A stretch of 64,000 bases of DNA from an uncultured Gammaproteobacteria bacterium (GTDB lineage: Bacteria; Pseudomonadota; Gammaproteobacteria; Steroidobacterales; Steroidobacteraceae). Below, piece by piece: positions 62,708-64,000 of the stretch. The notes beneath the pieces are model-generated. The model was given only the letters and a program-made list of their open reading frames with translations, was not told where the DNA came from and did not search any database. The position numbers and the translations under genes are program-made. How positions within the stretch are numbered: the stretch's first letter is position 1; the number at the start of each line of letters is the position of its first letter. The stretch covers positions 33,188-97,187 of the forward strand of contig CAVOIC010000001.1 in assembly GCA_963695985.1 (NCBI GenBank). Reading direction: 5' to 3'.

Positions 62708-64000
62708 TGTCAACCGAGGAACAGTTCGACTACGTCGTGATCGGCGCTGGATCGGCCGGCTGCGCCGTTGCCGCGCGCTTGGCTGAGGGTCGTACGCATC
62801 GTGTGCTGGTGCTCGAAGCAGGTCCCTGGGATCGCTCGATCTGGATCCACGTGCCCAGCGGCTTCTTCAAGTCCGTGTCTAACCCCCGCTATAACTGGGG
62901 CTATGTGGCTGAGTTCGACGAGTCGGCTGCGGCACGGCGAGTCGCTTGGCCGCGGGGCCGCGTGATCGGAGGCAGCAGCTCCATCAACGGATTGGTTTAC
63001 GTCCGGGGTCAGCGCGAAGACTATGACGGTTGGCAAGGCAGCTCGGCGGCCGGCTGGGGTTGGGCCGGTGTCGGTCCGTATTTCGACAAAGCCGAATCGG
63101 GCCCCGTCGGAGTGTCAGATGCCCGTTACACCCACCCTCTCTGCGACGCGTTCATCGAGGCGGCAGAACGATGCGGAGTCACGCGCGTGCGGGACTTCAA
63201 CGGCCCGCGTCAGGCGGGCGCCGGCTACTTCCAGCTGAACACACGCCACGGCAGAAGAAGCAGCGCTGCCGTTGCTTATCTGCACCCCTCACGGCATTAC
63301 CGAAATCTCGACATTCGCACCGAGAGCGTGGTGGAACGGCTTGACATCGGTCACGGCCAGCTGCGCGGCGTTTGGTATCGCCGACGCGGGCTGAGACATT
63401 TCGCTGCAGTCACCCGCGAAGCGATCCTCTGCGCTGGCGCGATCGGCTCGCCGCAGCTGCTGCAGATCTCCGGCATCGGCTCCGCCGACGTACTGGACCG
63501 CGCTGGCGTCGAAGTCGTGCAAGACCTGCCGGCCGTCGGCAGGAACTTGCAGGATCACTTTGCCTCACGCGTGATCGCGCATGTGGTGCACTCAAGAACA
63601 CTGAACGAGATGTCGCGGTCGTGGCTGGACCGGCTCGGTATGGGCCTCCACTACGTCGTCGCCCGACGCGGCCCGTTGACGCTCGGCGCAGCCATGGCCG
63701 GCTCGTTCGTCTCGGTGGAAGGTAGCGACAAACGCCCGGATGTCCAGTTGCTCTTCGGGCCGCTAAGCAGTGACGACCCGACCAAGGGACTTCACGAGTT
63801 TCCCGGCATGACCCTCACCGTCTGCCCACTGAGACCGAGGAGCCGAGGCTGGCTTGCGATTCGATCCGCCGATCCACTCGAGCATCCGCGCATCGTCGCC
63901 AACTATCTCGAAGACGAATACGACCGCCGCCTTCTCGTCAAGGGCCTGCGCTACGCCCGGATGCTTCTCGATACGGAGCCGCTCAAACGGTACGTAGGGG
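62707..64000 (+). CDS. GMC-family (choline dehydrogenase-like) FAD oxidoreductase, 3' end outside the window
   Basis: I translated this by hand because it is not in the ORF track. It reads MSTEEQFDYVVIGAGSAGCAVAARLAE..VLVLEAGP...RGRVIGGSSSINGLVYVRG...GAIGSPQLLQISGIG. The frame is open to the window end. The ATG overlaps the preceding TAA. Confidence 0.9.
   Translation, partial: MSTEEQFDYVVIGAGSAGCAVAARLAEGRTHRVLVLEAGPWDRSIWIHVPSGFFKSVSNPRYNWGYVAEFDESAAARRVAWPRGRVIGGSSSINGLVYVRGQREDYDGWQGSSAAGWGWAGVGPYFDKAESGPVGVSDARYTHPLCDAFIEAAERCGVTRVRDFNGPRQAGAGYFQLNTRHGRRSSAAVAYLHPSRHYRNLDIRTESVVERLDIGHGQLRGVWYRRRGLRHFAAVTREAILCAGAIGSPQLLQISGIGSADVLDRAGVEVVQDLPAVGRNLQDHFASRVIAHVVHSRTLNEMSRSWLDRLGMGLHYVVARRGPLTLGAAMAGSFVSVEGSDKRPDVQLLFGPLSSDDPTKGLHEFPGMTLTVCPLRPRSRGWLAIRSADPLEHPRIVANYLEDEYDRRLLVKGLRYARMLLDTEPLKRYVG

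Noticed and set aside
1-64000. Mobile elements, prophage, CRISPR arrays, tRNA/rRNA genes, toxin-antitoxin pairs
   Set aside because: No transposase, integrase or recombinase-like translation appears in any frame. I noticed no spaced direct-repeat array. No intergenic region is long enough, or tRNA-like enough, for a tRNA. By eye there is no obvious compositional break apart from short AT-rich promoter gaps. This is a visual judgement, not a computed one.

Overview
This is a GC-rich, densely coding bacterial chromosomal segment with proteobacterium-like gene content. It holds about 60 protein genes. I could recognise no rRNA, tRNA, CRISPR array, IS element or integrase. All family calls come from reading the supplied translations and the DNA by eye; no database search was possible.

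Gene order, left to right:
- The lon 3' end, then gfa and ligAB.
- A sulfide-themed island. On the minus strand: a SqrR/BigR-like ArsR regulator, a DUF302/rhomboid ORF, a small membrane ORF, cydA, cydB and an unlisted cydX. On the divergent plus strand: DUF2892, an RND adaptor, an RND permease, a type I-like sulfide:quinone oxidoreductase and a TolC-like outer-membrane factor.
- A LigF-like GST, an unknown ORF, a PAP2 lipoprotein, otsB-GH15-otsA and a MarR regulator.
- An IclR regulator plus a ~13 kb, 12-gene plus-strand operon. It runs from acyl-CoA/C5-dicarboxylate-type catabolic enzymes and an LLM oxidoreductase straight into a complete F420 set (fno, a cofC-cofG-cofH triple fusion, cofE, cofD).
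- Several singletons.
- Two convergent 2-oxoacid dehydrogenase E1 sets with a single E2.
- A LysR/TetR-associated beta-oxidation-like cluster ending in a GMC oxidoreductase cut by the window edge.

Most notable:
1. sqr is translationally embedded inside a tripartite RND efflux operon, next to a two-cysteine ArsR regulator that also heads a cytochrome bd gene string.
2. Five single-base frameshifts are confined to 4.7-10.8 kb of that island.
3. F420 biosynthesis, including an unusual triple fusion, is co-operonic with a catabolic pathway.
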